Source: a virus (lineage: Duplodnaviria; Caudoviricetes). Taken from it: DNA of 64,000 nt. The position numbers and the translations under genes were made by a program. Numbering within the stretch: position 1 is the stretch's first letter; every line of letters begins with the position of its first letter. The stretch spans positions 1-64,000 of IMG/VR virus record IMGVR_UViG_3300036784_000120; one strand, given 5' to 3'. The notes beneath the pieces are model-generated. The model was not told where the DNA came from. It made no database searches and worked only from the letters and a program-made list of their open reading frames with translations. Shown piece after piece: positions 35,201 to 43,844 of this stretch.

Positions 35201-35983
35201 GAGGAAGCTGCCGCCGCTTCCCCCGCCGCCGCTGGCACCGGACGAGCCGCCTGCGTGGCCGCCGATGAGGCCGCCGATCGCGCTGGTGAACAGCGCGCCG
35301 ACCCCGGTCAGCATGCCCTTGAACCAGCCGGAGCCGTTGCGCCTGGCCTCGTCGGTGGCGCCCTTGTTGGCCGCGTCGGCTGCCTGCCTTCCGGCTTCCT
35401 CGGCCTGGGCTTTGACTGCGGTGCTGTCGATCTTGTCCGTGGTGGTGATGGTTCCGCCGCTAGCCGGCAGCCCGGTGACGTTCACCCGGTCCGTGGTGGT
35501 GATGTTCCCGCCGGAGGTGGGCAGCCCGGTGACGTTCACCCGGTCCTGGGTGGTCGTGTTGCCGCCGGCGGCGGTGTCGAGCACGCGGCCCACCGTGGTC
35601 TGCGACCCGCCCGCCGGCCCGCTGGCACCGCCGCCGGCAGGCGCGGACACGATCTTGCCGAGCAGCCCCTGCTGCGCGGACTGCTGCGGTGACGGCGCCC
35701 CGGTGACCGGGTGGGGGGAGAACAGCGCGTTCAGCGCCCCCAGCACCGACCCCTGCGGGGAGGACCGCAGCCGGTTCGCGGCGTCCTTGGAGATCGCGTT
35801 GTCCAGGTTCGCGAAATCCGTCCGCGCTTTCGACGATGACGCGTCGTCGAAGACAGCCGAGACCTTGACCTCGTGCCTGCCGTCCTCGAGCGCCTTGATC
35901 CTGGCCTCGATCTTGTCGAGGTCCGCGTTCGCCTTGGCGGTGCCGATGGTGAGGGTGGCTTCGATGGCGCCTGCGTCGAACAC
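32222..35983 (-). CDS. Tape measure protein with C-terminal lytic transglycosylase-like domain
   Basis: 1253 aa Ala-rich periodic W/F repeats; EAGYNPNAKNPTSNAYGLAQF...YIAQRYGSPAAAW; Y.LGEAGSE.V. Confidence 0.92.
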   Translation of the reverse strand: MFDAGAIEATLTIGTAKANADLDKIEARIKALEDGRHEVKVSAVFDDASSSKARTDFANLDNAISKDAANRLRSSPQGSVLGALNALFSPHPVTGAPSPQQSAQQGLLGKIVSAPAGGGASGPAGGSQTTVGRVLDTAAGGNTTTQDRVNVTGLPTSGGNITTTDRVNVTGLPASGGTITTTDKIDSTAVKAQAEEAGRQAADAANKGATDEARRNGSGWFKGMLTGVGALFTSAIGGLIGGHAGGSSGASGGGGSGGSFLGNLAGGIGPNILGANFLGKAGAIGVGGASLLGGLGPLLAAGGAGVIGGAGVGALGAGFSAVNSNVSSLVSQQNSIQQAAALAVTPAQQKAVAAQTASLNQAVAQLSPALQSIYKSEVAIGNQWQQIGMDIASGFAKPLAQASQLFVTLTPLIEHFFTSALVLAQPLISGLGDLAKTVLPAFSSSFAAAAPLIRPIIDGLGALVANILPGIVTLLKVAGPAINVFAQVLGTLGKDIGGVFSAFAPVINQSAVLFKAIFDVIGALLPIIGKLAAIFAATLAPVFTQFAGVIQALLPFLTIIGKVFASLAGAVLGDLVAAFGALAQLLTAVAPALAQFAQVISTVFTVLENTGVFAILGDALEGLVKPLAGLINAFLHGLMPILPPVIDFIAKLSGLLVGALVSAVGALLPPLTQLVTKVLQSLASILPVVLPLLLQLAGVFTAAVVAAVSALATALAAIITAIPPGLLNAIVIGVLGLVAAFKAFAIAEAIVAAIGAATGWTEIVIAIALITVAITELVTHWSTVWGAIKTAAEDAWNFIYNGIGKYLLPLLGPVGLLALAAIELAQHWTTIWHDIMAVISGVETFFTGAWAAITGALKAAWNAVAAFFTTWWSTEVTGWKTTLTTIENALSAAWTAITGALKTAWNAVASFFTGWWNAEVASFRSTIATIESVLSAGWTSVRNTITSVWGAIVNFFKGIPGQISSAVGSAAKVLTSWGAGVINGLLAGVKSVWNSVVSFFKGIPGDILSALGIKSPPQWAIDAGKHIMAGLGIGLSKASGVVNAVKAVINSVHGYALNATQASVMALMKTMAAAKGWTGAEWTALNAVEMAEAGYNPNAKNPTSNAYGLAQFINGPAEYATYGGNVNTVAGQITGMLNYIAQRYGSPAAAWNHEAQYHWYGSGGMITEPVVGYGVNSGRGYVLGEAGSEMVTPVGGRPAAGSDGSAAAILARLDRLIEVTGAVPAGVGRHVGGVINASASDASYARRYPRGGA

Positions 35984-35999
35984 CGCTACGTCACCGCCC

Positions 36000-36277
36000 T
36001 CACTGCTGTCGCCTGGCTGCCGGGTTGGCTTCCAGGTCCGCGATCATCGCGCCGAGGTCGATCACGGAGGCGCCGGTGTTCACGCCCCTCCTGACCGTCG
36101 GCCCGTCGGTTCCCGTCGCCGCTTCCGGCTCCTGCGGCCGGGGCGTGTCAGCCGCGATGCTGAACGGGATGTCTTCCTCGGCGGACAGCCCGTCCAGGTA
36201 GGTCTGCTGGGTGTCCCAGGTCATGGCGTCCCATTCGGCCCGGCTGATGTTCAGCCAGCGGCGCACGGCGTAGAGGA
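36000..36277 (-). CDS. Tail assembly chaperone, second (T-like) frame
   Basis: -1 frame open across end of upstream gene (RVILYAVRRWLNIS...EWDAM.W); position before tape measure. Confidence 0.65.
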
Positions 36278-36739
36278 TTACCCGGCGGCTGCGCGCCGCA
36301 GGTTCGTCACCTGCGCGTTGCCACCGCCGGGCGCGGCTTCCGGGGCCATCACCTCCTGCTGCAGCCAGCTGTAGAACAGGCCGCGGATCCGGATCGGGAG
36401 CTTCAGCAGGTCCTCGGCTGACGGGTCATCGGAGCAGAGTTTCGCCACCACGGCGGCGAGGCCGGCGTGGAACTCGACGACGACCTCCGGGTCCAGGTCG
36501 CCGACAGCATCGGTGAGCTCGGCGGGGCTCGCCGTCCCCGACATCAGGTCGTCGGGGAGTTTCCCGCGGAACGAGGCGACCAGCTTCTTGATCCCGGCGA
36601 GATAGTCGGCCAGCTGCCGGTCGGTCGGCTCGCGGACAGCGCCGGCCTTGTCGCAGTACGGTTTCCCGGACGGGTCCAGCAGCGTCCTGAAGCTGTAGTC
36701 CAGCGGCTCCACCACGGAGCCGGCGTCGAATCCTGGCAT
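36278..36739 (-). CDS. Tail assembly chaperone (G-like)
   Basis: AAGGAGG RBS; between major tail and tape measure genes. Confidence 0.75.
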   Translation of the reverse strand: MPGFDAGSVVEPLDYSFRTLLDPSGKPYCDKAGAVREPTDRQLADYLAGIKKLVASFRGKLPDDLMSGTASPAELTDAVGDLDPEVVVEFHAGLAAVVAKLCSDDPSAEDLLKLPIRIRGLFYSWLQQEVMAPEAAPGGGNAQVTNLRRAAAG

Positions 36740-36749
36740 CGTCCTCCTT

Positions 36750-36792
36750 AGCTAGCGGCTAACTAGTTAGCGGCTAGCCGTCGGCTAGTTAG
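36750..36792. repeat. Four CTAG at exact 11-bp spacing with nested palindromes
   Basis: CTAG at 36752, 36763, 36774, 36785; GCTAACTAGTTAGC palindrome. Confidence 0.8.
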
Positions 36793-37406
36793 CTGGTCGC
36801 CGGTGCGGTCAGTTCCGTGAACGTGATCGCGTTGTAGGGGCAGATCGCGGACAGGGTGAGCGGGTACAGGCGCTGCTGCGCGGCACGCCGGTATGCGGTC
36901 TGCACCTGACCGGCGGAGACGACCACCGGGACGGACAGCACGGTCGCGTACCCGAACGCGTTCCGGGCGATCAGCGCCACGGAAACCGTCTGGAAGGTGG
37001 TGGACAGGGTGAGGACGATCTTCCCCGGCTGCCCCGCCCCCGCCGCGGTGGTGGCCATCGACCCGCTGTTCCCCCACGCGAGGTTGATGTTGAACAGGGT
37101 CTCTTCCGACAGGTTCGTGGTGAACTGCAGGCTGGCGGTGGTGACGGCGACACCGACGGGGGTCGGCTGCTCCTCGATCATGATGTTCTGCACCGTCGGG
37201 TTGTACGTCTGCGTGACCCCGGCCTCAGTGGATCCGACGTAGGACCAGCCGAGACCCAGCCACGCGGACCCGACACCCAGGTTCGCGTCGGACGGCACCG
37301 TCGCCCCGACACCAGGGCTGGGGTTGTTCTGCACGAACATGATCCCGGTCCCGAACATGACATCGGTGGTCCCGTACGCGGGCGGAGTGTAGGGCAGGGT
37401 CGGCAT
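36789..37406 (-). CDS. Major tail (tube) protein
   Basis: GWSYVGSTEAGV...Y.P...I.IEEQ..PV...TNLSEETL.N pattern; position. Confidence 0.8.
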   Translation of the reverse strand: MPTLPYTPPAYGTTDVMFGTGIMFVQNNPSPGVGATVPSDANLGVGSAWLGLGWSYVGSTEAGVTQTYNPTVQNIMIEEQPTPVGVAVTTASLQFTTNLSEETLFNINLAWGNSGSMATTAAGAGQPGKIVLTLSTTFQTVSVALIARNAFGYATVLSVPVVVSAGQVQTAYRRAAQQRLYPLTLSAICPYNAITFTELTAPATS

Positions 37407-37407
37407 G

Positions 37408-37695
37408 TCAGGTCTCCTCGGCGAGGTTGACGCCCGCCTCGCCCGCGGCTTCCATCAGCCGGGGCACAGCGTGGGCGGGCACGGGGGTGGGCTCGGTGCC
37501 CACGGTGATGCCGCCGTGGGTGAAGGCGGAATGCGGCGCCAGGACACGCAGCAGCGTCTTCGCGCCGCCGATAGCTTCGGCGCGGATCTTCGCCAGCTCG
37601 TCGACGAGCTGAGCGGCCCGGCTCGACGGGTCTTTCGGTGCTGCTGCGGGCATTGCCGCCTCCTGTCCTGCGGGCTGCTCATCGGGGATGGTCAT
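37408..37695 (-). CDS. Hypothetical structural-module protein
   Basis: AGGAG RBS; ORF. Confidence 0.6.
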   Translation of the reverse strand: MTIPDEQPAGQEAAMPAAAPKDPSSRAAQLVDELAKIRAEAIGGAKTLLRVLAPHSAFTHGGITVGTEPTPVPAHAVPRLMEAAGEAGVNLAEET

Positions 37696-37704
37696 TGAGA
37701 GCTC

Positions 37705-38199
37705 CTACGGCAAGACGGAGGAGAACGAGAACGCGGCGACAAGCAGCGTGGTGGTGGTGGTGAACGACACGACGAAACAGCCGGCGTACGCGGCGGGCAT
37801 CGCCCCGGTGACGATGCTGGACGCCGGCACGGTCGCCACGTTCTGGATGTTGTAGACGGCCGGGGACAGCGGCCCGATCCATCCCGACGAGTTCGCGGCA
37901 AGCGTCATCGCCGTGGTCGCGGGAAGAACCTGCCCGGCGACCTGCTCACCGACCAGCACCTGAGTGATCCCGGCACCGGTCGCACCGCACCAGTACCAGA
38001 GCAGGACACTGCCGGTGTTGGGGACAGCGACCGCGTTCGGCGCGGTGCCCCACGCGGTCGGCGCGGTGATCGTCGAGGTGCCCGAGGTCGCGTACCCGAA
38101 CGACGCCGGCGCGGCCGGGCCGGGGTAGAACGAGCCCGTGGTGGGCGTGGAGTTGAAACTGAACGGTGCCAGCGGCACAGCGGTCCAGGTCCCGGCCAT
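37705..38199 (-). CDS. Virion structural protein
   Basis: Thr/Ala/Gly-rich; position. Confidence 0.6.
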   Translation of the reverse strand: MAGTWTAVPLAPFSFNSTPTTGSFYPGPAAPASFGYATSGTSTITAPTAWGTAPNAVAVPNTGSVLLWYWCGATGAGITQVLVGEQVAGQVLPATTAMTLAANSSGWIGPLSPAVYNIQNVATVPASSIVTGAMPAAYAGCFVVSFTTTTTLLVAAFSFSSVLP

Positions 38200-38202
38200 G
38201 AT

Positions 38203-38637
38203 TCAGGCTCCCGTGGTGATCAGGTAGGTGGTCGTGTACTCGAACCGCCGGTCGGCGGGGTCGAGGGGAAGCGGCGCCGGCGGTGACCCGGCCCGGGTCA
38301 CCAGCGCGACGAGCACGCCGTCAACCGTCTGCGGGTAAGGCCCGTTGACGATCAGCACATCCAGCTGCGCGGCAGCCAGCTCAGGGGTCAGCGGGTCATC
38401 AGCGGGGCCGCGGACACGGGCCTGGAACGACCAGCAGTCCAGCCCCGCCTCCTCCGTCACCCACCCGGGACCCCCGGCGGGGGTGATGAACAGCGCCCGG
38501 TCGGGGGCGGTGAGGATCTCCGGGCCGGGCAGCGGCGGATACCCGGTCTCCTGGGTGCCGTCCCAGCCGAGACCGGTGATGAAATCAGCGATCAGCTGCG
38601 TCTTCGCGACCGTCGGCGGCGACAGCGGGAACGTCAT
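38203..38637 (-). CDS. Tail terminator-like protein
   Basis: GGPG...E...FQARVRG...RRFEYTTTY; position. Confidence 0.65.
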   Translation of the reverse strand: MTFPLSPPTVAKTQLIADFITGLGWDGTQETGYPPLPGPEILTAPDRALFITPAGGPGWVTEEAGLDCWSFQARVRGPADDPLTPELAAAQLDVLIVNGPYPQTVDGVLVALVTRAGSPPAPLPLDPADRRFEYTTTYLITTGA

Positions 38638-39323
38638 GCGCCCACCGCCTCAAGAACGCCCTGCGACAGCCTGCGGGCGGCCATCTCGGCGTACCGCTCG
38701 TCGATCTCCACCCCGACCGCCTTGCAGCCGAGGTTCCGCGCGGCCACCAGCGTTGAGCCCGAGCCCGCGAACGGGTCCGCGATCACGCCTGGCGGGCATG
38801 CGGCGATGAGCTGTTCCATCACGTCGACCGGCTTGGCGTGCGGATGGTCGTAGCGGATCCCGACGCCGCGCGGTCCCGCGACATGCGCGCCTGTGTGCAG
38901 GATCGACGAGCGGCCCCCGACCCCGGCCGGCCACGAGCCGACGAGGTAGATTTCCTCCAGGTCGCGCCGGAAGCCCGCGCGGGCACCCTTGATCCCGGCA
39001 TCGGCCGGCTTGGCGTAGGCGAGGACCTGGACGGTGCCGTCCGGGCGGGCGATAAGCGGATCGCCGAAGACGATCGCGGGCCGGCTGCCCCATCTGGCCA
39101 GGGCCTCGTCACGCACGGTGGTGTCAGAATCCCCGGCGATGCCGTCGTGAGCGATGGAACCGCGCCCGCCTCCGAAGCTGTTGGTCATGCCGGCACCCGA
39201 CCGCCAGCCGCGTCCGTACGGCGGGTCGGTGACCAGCACGTCAGCCTCAAGCCACGCCGTCACCTCGCGGCAGTCACCCAGGTACAGCGTCACCAGCTCA
39301 TCGGCGTAGTAGGGCGTTGTCAC
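38634..39323 (-). CDS. DNA amino-methyltransferase (N4-C/N6-A, beta class)
   Basis: TLYLGDCRE, TDPPYG, HPHAKP, DPFAGSGST, GVEIDERY. Confidence 0.92.
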   Translation of the reverse strand: MTTPYYADELVTLYLGDCREVTAWLEADVLVTDPPYGRGWRSGAGMTNSFGGGRGSIAHDGIAGDSDTTVRDEALARWGSRPAIVFGDPLIARPDGTVQVLAYAKPADAGIKGARAGFRRDLEEIYLVGSWPAGVGGRSSILHTGAHVAGPRGVGIRYDHPHAKPVDVMEQLIAACPPGVIADPFAGSGSTLVAARNLGCKAVGVEIDERYAEMAARRLSQGVLEAVGA

Positions 39324-39844
39324 AGCCGCCCCCGCAGCCCGTGGGGCTCGTTCTTGCCGGGGATCCGCATGACCTTCCCGCCGCGCATGAAGTAGACGGT
39401 CAGGCCCTCAGCGAGCCGCTGCCGGAGGATCGCGCGGGACTTGACGCGCAACTCCTCCTCGGTCAGCCGGCCGGCCTTCGGCGGCCGGTCATAAACGGTC
39501 CGCTCCCCCGCCGTCACCCGCGGATGCCCGGACTTGCGGAGGTCACCCCACTCGCGGGGCGCGGTGAGCTCCACCTCATCCGACAGGTGCTCCACCGACC
39601 GCTTCATGGCGGGCTGGCCGCCGTCGTGCAGCACGGTGTCCGCGTAGTCGGTGAGGTAGTCGCGGTAATGGGCGTACAGCGGCTGCTCAAGGTACTTGGC
39701 GGTGCCGCCGCGCGGGTGGTGGAACTCCATGTGCTCGTGCTGGTAGTGCGCGTACACCTGGTCCACGGTCACCGTGCCGGTGAGACGATCGGAACCGATC
39801 ATGCGTCTCAGTTCGCTGATGCGGTCCGTGAAAGTACCGGACAT
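39320..39844 (-). CDS. Head-tail joining/tail completion protein
   Basis: YAHYQHE...HPRGGTAKYLEQP...APREWGDLR. Confidence 0.65.
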   Translation of the reverse strand: MSGTFTDRISELRRMIGSDRLTGTVTVDQVYAHYQHEHMEFHHPRGGTAKYLEQPLYAHYRDYLTDYADTVLHDGGQPAMKRSVEHLSDEVELTAPREWGDLRKSGHPRVTAGERTVYDRPPKAGRLTEEELRVKSRAILRQRLAEGLTVYFMRGGKVMRIPGKNEPHGLRGRL

Positions 39845-39867
39845 GACGGCATCACCTCCTTCCCTCG

Positions 39868-40425
39868 TTAGCCCTGGTAGATGGCCCCGCCGGCGTCGGC
39901 CCAGTCGGCACCCATCGGCGCCCACTGGCCGAGCGGCACGTCCGGCTCGAGGGTGCCGGTGCGGGGGTCGAGGCGGGTGTTGGAGTTCGCGCCGGTGAAG
40001 ATCGGCGGGAGCCGGTTGATGATCGTGCCGGTTTCACTGCCGATGCCGGGCGCCACGGCCGGGTCGAGAAGGATCGTGCCGGTCCTGACCGCCTGAAGGA
40101 TCTGCATGGCGTTCTGGTAGGCGATGAACACCGGTGAGGTCGGCTCGATGGACTTCCATTTGAGATAGGTCTTGCCGGCCCAGAACACGGCGAGGTCGAG
40201 GGTCAGGTCGTGGAGGATCGCGGGTGGCTGCGCCTCCCCGCTGGACCCGTCGTAGACGTTCCCCGCATAGACGCTGACCCGGTTGGAGGCGGCGTAGAGG
40301 GCGAGGGTCAGCTGGTCGTCGGTGAGCTGCGCGGCGGTGCCGGTACCGGAGTCGGTGCCGGACATGACGTTGCGGAGGTCGGCGACGGAGGCGTACAGGG
40401 TGCCCGACGCGGCGGGGGTGGTCAT
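39868..40425 (-). CDS. Head-to-tail adaptor (Mu gp36/DUF1320-like)
   Basis: YASVADL...AS..V..Y...P..L..L..DLA...Y..A...L..V..G...L. Confidence 0.7.
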   Translation of the reverse strand: MTTPAASGTLYASVADLRNVMSGTDSGTGTAAQLTDDQLTLALYAASNRVSVYAGNVYDGSSGEAQPPAILHDLTLDLAVFWAGKTYLKWKSIEPTSPVFIAYQNAMQILQAVRTGTILLDPAVAPGIGSETGTIINRLPPIFTGANSNTRLDPRTGTLEPDVPLGQWAPMGADWADAGGAIYQG

Positions 40426-40610
40426 GGCACGACCCCGGACAGGATCCAGGCGGCGAACCCGCCGAACGCCCACGACAAGGCCGGGACGGTGCCTACCTTG
40501 TCGCCGCCGGCGGCGAACGCGGCGAGGATGAACAGGCCCCCGCCGATCACGAGCAGGACCTGCGACCAGGACACTTTCGCGGCGGGACGCGGCTGCGCTG
40601 GGCTGGTCAC
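40422..40610 (-). CDS. Small two-TM membrane protein (holin-like candidate)
   Basis: 62 aa, two hydrophobic helices. Confidence 0.5.
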   Translation of the reverse strand: MTSPAQPRPAAKVSWSQVLLVIGGGLFILAAFAAGGDKVGTVPALSWAFGGFAAWILSGVVP

Positions 40611-40894
40611 GGGGCCTTCCCTTCACCGGTCAGGTCAGCGCCGGCGTCCACCGTCTTCCCGGTGGCTGCGGTGCGGGGTTTGGCCGGGGCGGGTTTCTCC
40701 GCCACTGCGGGTTCCGGTTCGGGCGGCGGCTGCGCGGCTGTGGCGCCGAGCGGCACGAGATGTTCCGCGCCGATGGCGTCCTCGAGCTTGGAGCCGGGGG
40801 GCACGTCGATGACCTGGCCGCGGGGCAGCCGCTGCGACACCCCGTCCCACTCGATCGTGCGGTCTTCGGTGACGATCCGCGGGCTGCCGGCCAT
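40607..40894 (-). CDS. Hypothetical capsid-region protein
   Basis: TGATG overlap; GQVIDVPPGSKLEDAIG resembles neighbour. Confidence 0.6.
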   Translation of the reverse strand: MAGSPRIVTEDRTIEWDGVSQRLPRGQVIDVPPGSKLEDAIGAEHLVPLGATAAQPPPEPEPAVAEKPAPAKPRTAATGKTVDAGADLTGEGKAP

Positions 40895-41121
40895 CAGTTG
40901 CTTACGCATGCTTTGCTCAGGCACGTCTCGTTGCCGCGCTGCGCGATCGGGATGACGCCGGACAGGTTCCCGCTGCCGCCGTAGGCGGCGGCGAGCGCCG
41001 AGCCGGGCACGATGTCGACGACGGTGCCGTGCCGGGCGAACGTGGTCACCGGGACGCCGCTGGCGTGGCCGTCCCACGTGACCGTGATGTCGGTGAGGAT
41101 CCGCTGCGGGTACTGGCTCAT
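40894..41121 (-). CDS. Hypothetical capsid-region protein
   Basis: GTVVDIVPGSALAAAYGG; C-terminal VSN. Confidence 0.6.
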   Translation of the reverse strand: MSQYPQRILTDITVTWDGHASGVPVTTFARHGTVVDIVPGSALAAAYGGSGNLSGVIPIAQRGNETCLSKACVSN

Positions 41122-41762
41122 AAGTTCGATACACCCACTCCCCAGCCGGGCATGCCGGCCTCAGCGTGCGGCGCGTACGGGAGCGTGTTCAGCGCCGAGT
41201 AGCCGCCCGCCCCGGTCGGGGCGACCGTGTTCGCGGCCGAGTACACGGGGGCGTCGGAGTGGGCCACGGTCAGGTCGATCGGGTCGAGCCACGACCAGCA
41301 CACGGTGCCGGTGTAGGTGACCGCGATGACCGACCCGGCGGGCAGCGGAATGCCCGCCGTGTAGGCGACGTTCGGCTGCATGCCGGGTGCCTGGACGATG
41401 TTGGTGGTGACCCCGTTGATGCTGATCGCGGAGACGGCGCCGCCGCCGGTGAACACGACGGACAGGTTCCGGCCGGTCGTGTTCGTGGTTGAGCTGGTGG
41501 AGGCGGGCAGGACCGGGGTGCATTCGGACCAGAACCAGACGGGGACCGCGACGGTGTACTGCAGCGCGCAGGTCCCGCCGGGCGGCACCGACATCATGAA
41601 CGCGGTCGCCGTGGTGGCCACCGACGCGGCGTTGACCCAGTAGTTGGCCATCGTGCTGCCATTCGCCCCGACCGTGACTAGGGCGGTGTTGCCGGTGGTG
41701 TTGACCGCAGTGTTGGTGAGTCCGGCGGGGCTGGTTGCGGGCACTGCAGGCTGGGTGATCAC
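41118..41762 (-). CDS. Virion decoration-like protein
   Basis: PAVPAT...NTTG repeated beta modules. Confidence 0.6.
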   Translation of the reverse strand: MITQPAVPATSPAGLTNTAVNTTGNTALVTVGANGSTMANYWVNAASVATTATAFMMSVPPGGTCALQYTVAVPVWFWSECTPVLPASTSSTTNTTGRNLSVVFTGGGAVSAISINGVTTNIVQAPGMQPNVAYTAGIPLPAGSVIAVTYTGTVCWSWLDPIDLTVAHSDAPVYSAANTVAPTGAGGYSALNTLPYAPHAEAGMPGWGVGVSNL

Positions 41763-42076
41763 GGGTTCGCCTCCTGGTGGAGCTGCTCGCGCAGGAGATA
41801 GCCCTCCAGCGCCCAGATTTTGTCTCGCGCGTCGGCTCGCGCGATCTTCCGGCCGATCTCCTCGTTGAAGTTCTCCGGGCTGGCCGACGCCGACTGGCCG
41901 ATCACGCTGTAGCCGTTCTCCAAGGTCAGGCAGCAGACCGTGACCGTGGTGAAGGGGAACACGTGGTACTGCTCGCCGGTGATCTTGGAGTCGAGGTCGC
42001 TGGCGGCGATGCGCGGCGCGTTCAGGCCCTTGGCCCGCACGTCCGCTTCGATGTCTCGCTCGCCGTACTCAGGCAT
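41759..42076 (-). CDS. N4 gp49/Sf6 gp66 family protein (Acb4-like nucleotide sponge candidate)
   Basis: APRI...I..E.Y...TVTVCCLTLENGYSVIGQSASASPENFNEEIGRKIA...IWALEGYLL. Confidence 0.85.
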   Translation of the reverse strand: MPEYGERDIEADVRAKGLNAPRIAASDLDSKITGEQYHVFPFTTVTVCCLTLENGYSVIGQSASASPENFNEEIGRKIARADARDKIWALEGYLLREQLHQEANP

Positions 42077-42612
42077 CAGTTGCTCAGCGCTCCCCAATGC
42101 CCGTGACCCACGTTGTCGGTTCCGTCGATCCACGCGCGGAGGTTCCCGCCGCCGATCGCCGCGTACAGCTGCCCGCCCGAGTCGAGCCACAGGGGCGTGC
42201 CTTGCAGGAACACGGTCTGCGGGAGCGTCCCCGCCTGCCCAGCTGGCGGGGCGGTGCCGGACACGGCCGCGGTCATCGACGAGGACCCGGACTGCGGCAG
42301 TTCCGCCGCCGTCCACGTCCACGTCGGCGTCCCCGACGGGTAAGTGAGGCTGATCGTGCCGGGATAGGGGACGATGACCGTGCCGGCGGCGGCGAGCGCC
42401 TGGGTGCCGTTGACGGTGACCGCGGTCACGGTCGCGCCGGTGACGGCCACGGTCACGGGCACGCCGGCGGCGTTGTCCGCGGCGACCGTCGTCGCTGGCA
42501 CCGCCGGGGCGGCGACAGGCGTGTTCGCTGCGCCCTGAATGATCTCCGACCAGGTGGCGGGCCAGGTGATGGTCACGTCAGCGGTCAGCACGTACCGGGC
42601 GAGCGCCGCCAT
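42076..42612 (-). CDS. Virion decoration-like protein
   Basis: PAVPATT...VTVNGT module shared with neighbours. Confidence 0.6.
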   Translation of the reverse strand: MAALARYVLTADVTITWPATWSEIIQGAANTPVAAPAVPATTVAADNAAGVPVTVAVTGATVTAVTVNGTQALAAAGTVIVPYPGTISLTYPSGTPTWTWTAAELPQSGSSSMTAAVSGTAPPAGQAGTLPQTVFLQGTPLWLDSGGQLYAAIGGGNLRAWIDGTDNVGHGHWGALSN

Positions 42613-42628
42613 GACATCACCTCCTGGG

Positions 42629-43258
42629 TTAGTAGCTGGTTGCCGGGACGGTTTCGACGCTGGACAGCAGCGGGGACGCCTGCGCGACGGTTACGAGGAC
42701 CCCGGTGAGGTGCGCCGAGTTGAGTGCGCCGACCGGCACGCTGGTGCCTGTGGGGGTGCCGTTGACGACGACGACATCGGATGTGCCGGACGGGTCGACG
42801 ATCAGCACCTGCCCCTGCGCGAAGGTGGTGCCCCACGCGGTGAACGGCAGCGCCGTCCCGCCTGCGGACACCCCGGCGCTGATCGCGGGCAGCGCCCACG
42901 CCATCGTCGGCTGCGTCGTCGCCCAGGTGATCGAGATGGTTCCGGCGACCGGGATGAACACGGTCCCGGAGGTTTGCCCGGTCGCGACCCCGTTCACGGT
43001 GATCGCGGTGACCCCGCCGGCGGTGGTGATAGTCGCGGCGACGACCGTGCCGGAGCTGTTGGTGTAGACGGTGTTGTTCACCGGGGACGCAGTGGGGACG
43101 GTCACGGTCGCCGCGGCGAGGGTGAACAGCCATTCGCAGCGGCCGCAGCGGAATGTGAGGGCCGCTGTCGGGGTGAACGGGGCCGGGAACCAGCAGCGGG
43201 GGCAGCGCAGCTGCGCTACCTCTGCCGGCTGGATCTGCGCCGTCGTGTACCCGGGCAT
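42629..43258 (-). CDS. Virion decoration-like protein with N-terminal Zn ribbon
   Basis: CPRC...CGRC then Thr-rich beta modules. Confidence 0.6.
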   Translation of the reverse strand: MPGYTTAQIQPAEVAQLRCPRCWFPAPFTPTAALTFRCGRCEWLFTLAAATVTVPTASPVNNTVYTNSSGTVVAATITTAGGVTAITVNGVATGQTSGTVFIPVAGTISITWATTQPTMAWALPAISAGVSAGGTALPFTAWGTTFAQGQVLIVDPSGTSDVVVVNGTPTGTSVPVGALNSAHLTGVLVTVAQASPLLSSVETVPATSY

Positions 43259-43261
43259 CAG

Positions 43262-43843
43262 CTACCCCTGCCTCGGGCGGCCGCGGCCGCGGGTAGGCGG
43301 CAGGTCCACCGCGTCGGCGACGACGGGGGCTGCCGTCAGGTGGGCTTCCATCTCCGACGGTTCCGCGGTCGACGCGCCGTCCGCCTCGGGGGCGCGGCCG
43401 CCGTCGTCGACGACCTGGATGCTGGAACTGCCCTGCGGGTCGGGGCGGGGCGCGTCGGAGCCGGGCGGCGGGACAGCGGGACGGAACAGGCGGCCGGACA
43501 CGTGCCGGGGCAGCAGCCTGGGGGCCGGCTCGCTGGTGCTTTCGGGGCCGGACAGCCGACGGATCACCGCGACCTGGCGGCCGTCCCGGTTCCCGTGCCG
43601 CTCAAACCAGCGGGCTTCCTCGTCGGTGAGGTACACCGTCTCGCCGGGCATCACGAGGTCGGTTTGCCGGTCCTTGTCACCCCGCCGCGGGACGGACAGG
43701 CAGATGAGCGCCTCATACGGGCTGCCGATCCGCGTCGCCGGCGTCTTGTCGGCGGACGCGCGGGCCAGCAGCTTCCCGAGGAGGTTCTGCTCGTCGGCGG
43801 TCAGCGGCGCCAGCGGCGGCGCGGCGGCGGTGGTTTCCGTCAT
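43262..43843 (-). CDS. Hypothetical protein after major capsid gene
   Basis: ORF; position. Confidence 0.65.
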   Translation of the reverse strand: MTETTAAAPPLAPLTADEQNLLGKLLARASADKTPATRIGSPYEALICLSVPRRGDKDRQTDLVMPGETVYLTDEEARWFERHGNRDGRQVAVIRRLSGPESTSEPAPRLLPRHVSGRLFRPAVPPPGSDAPRPDPQGSSSIQVVDDGGRAPEADGASTAEPSEMEAHLTAAPVVADAVDLPPTRGRGRPRQG

Positions 43844-43844
43844 G

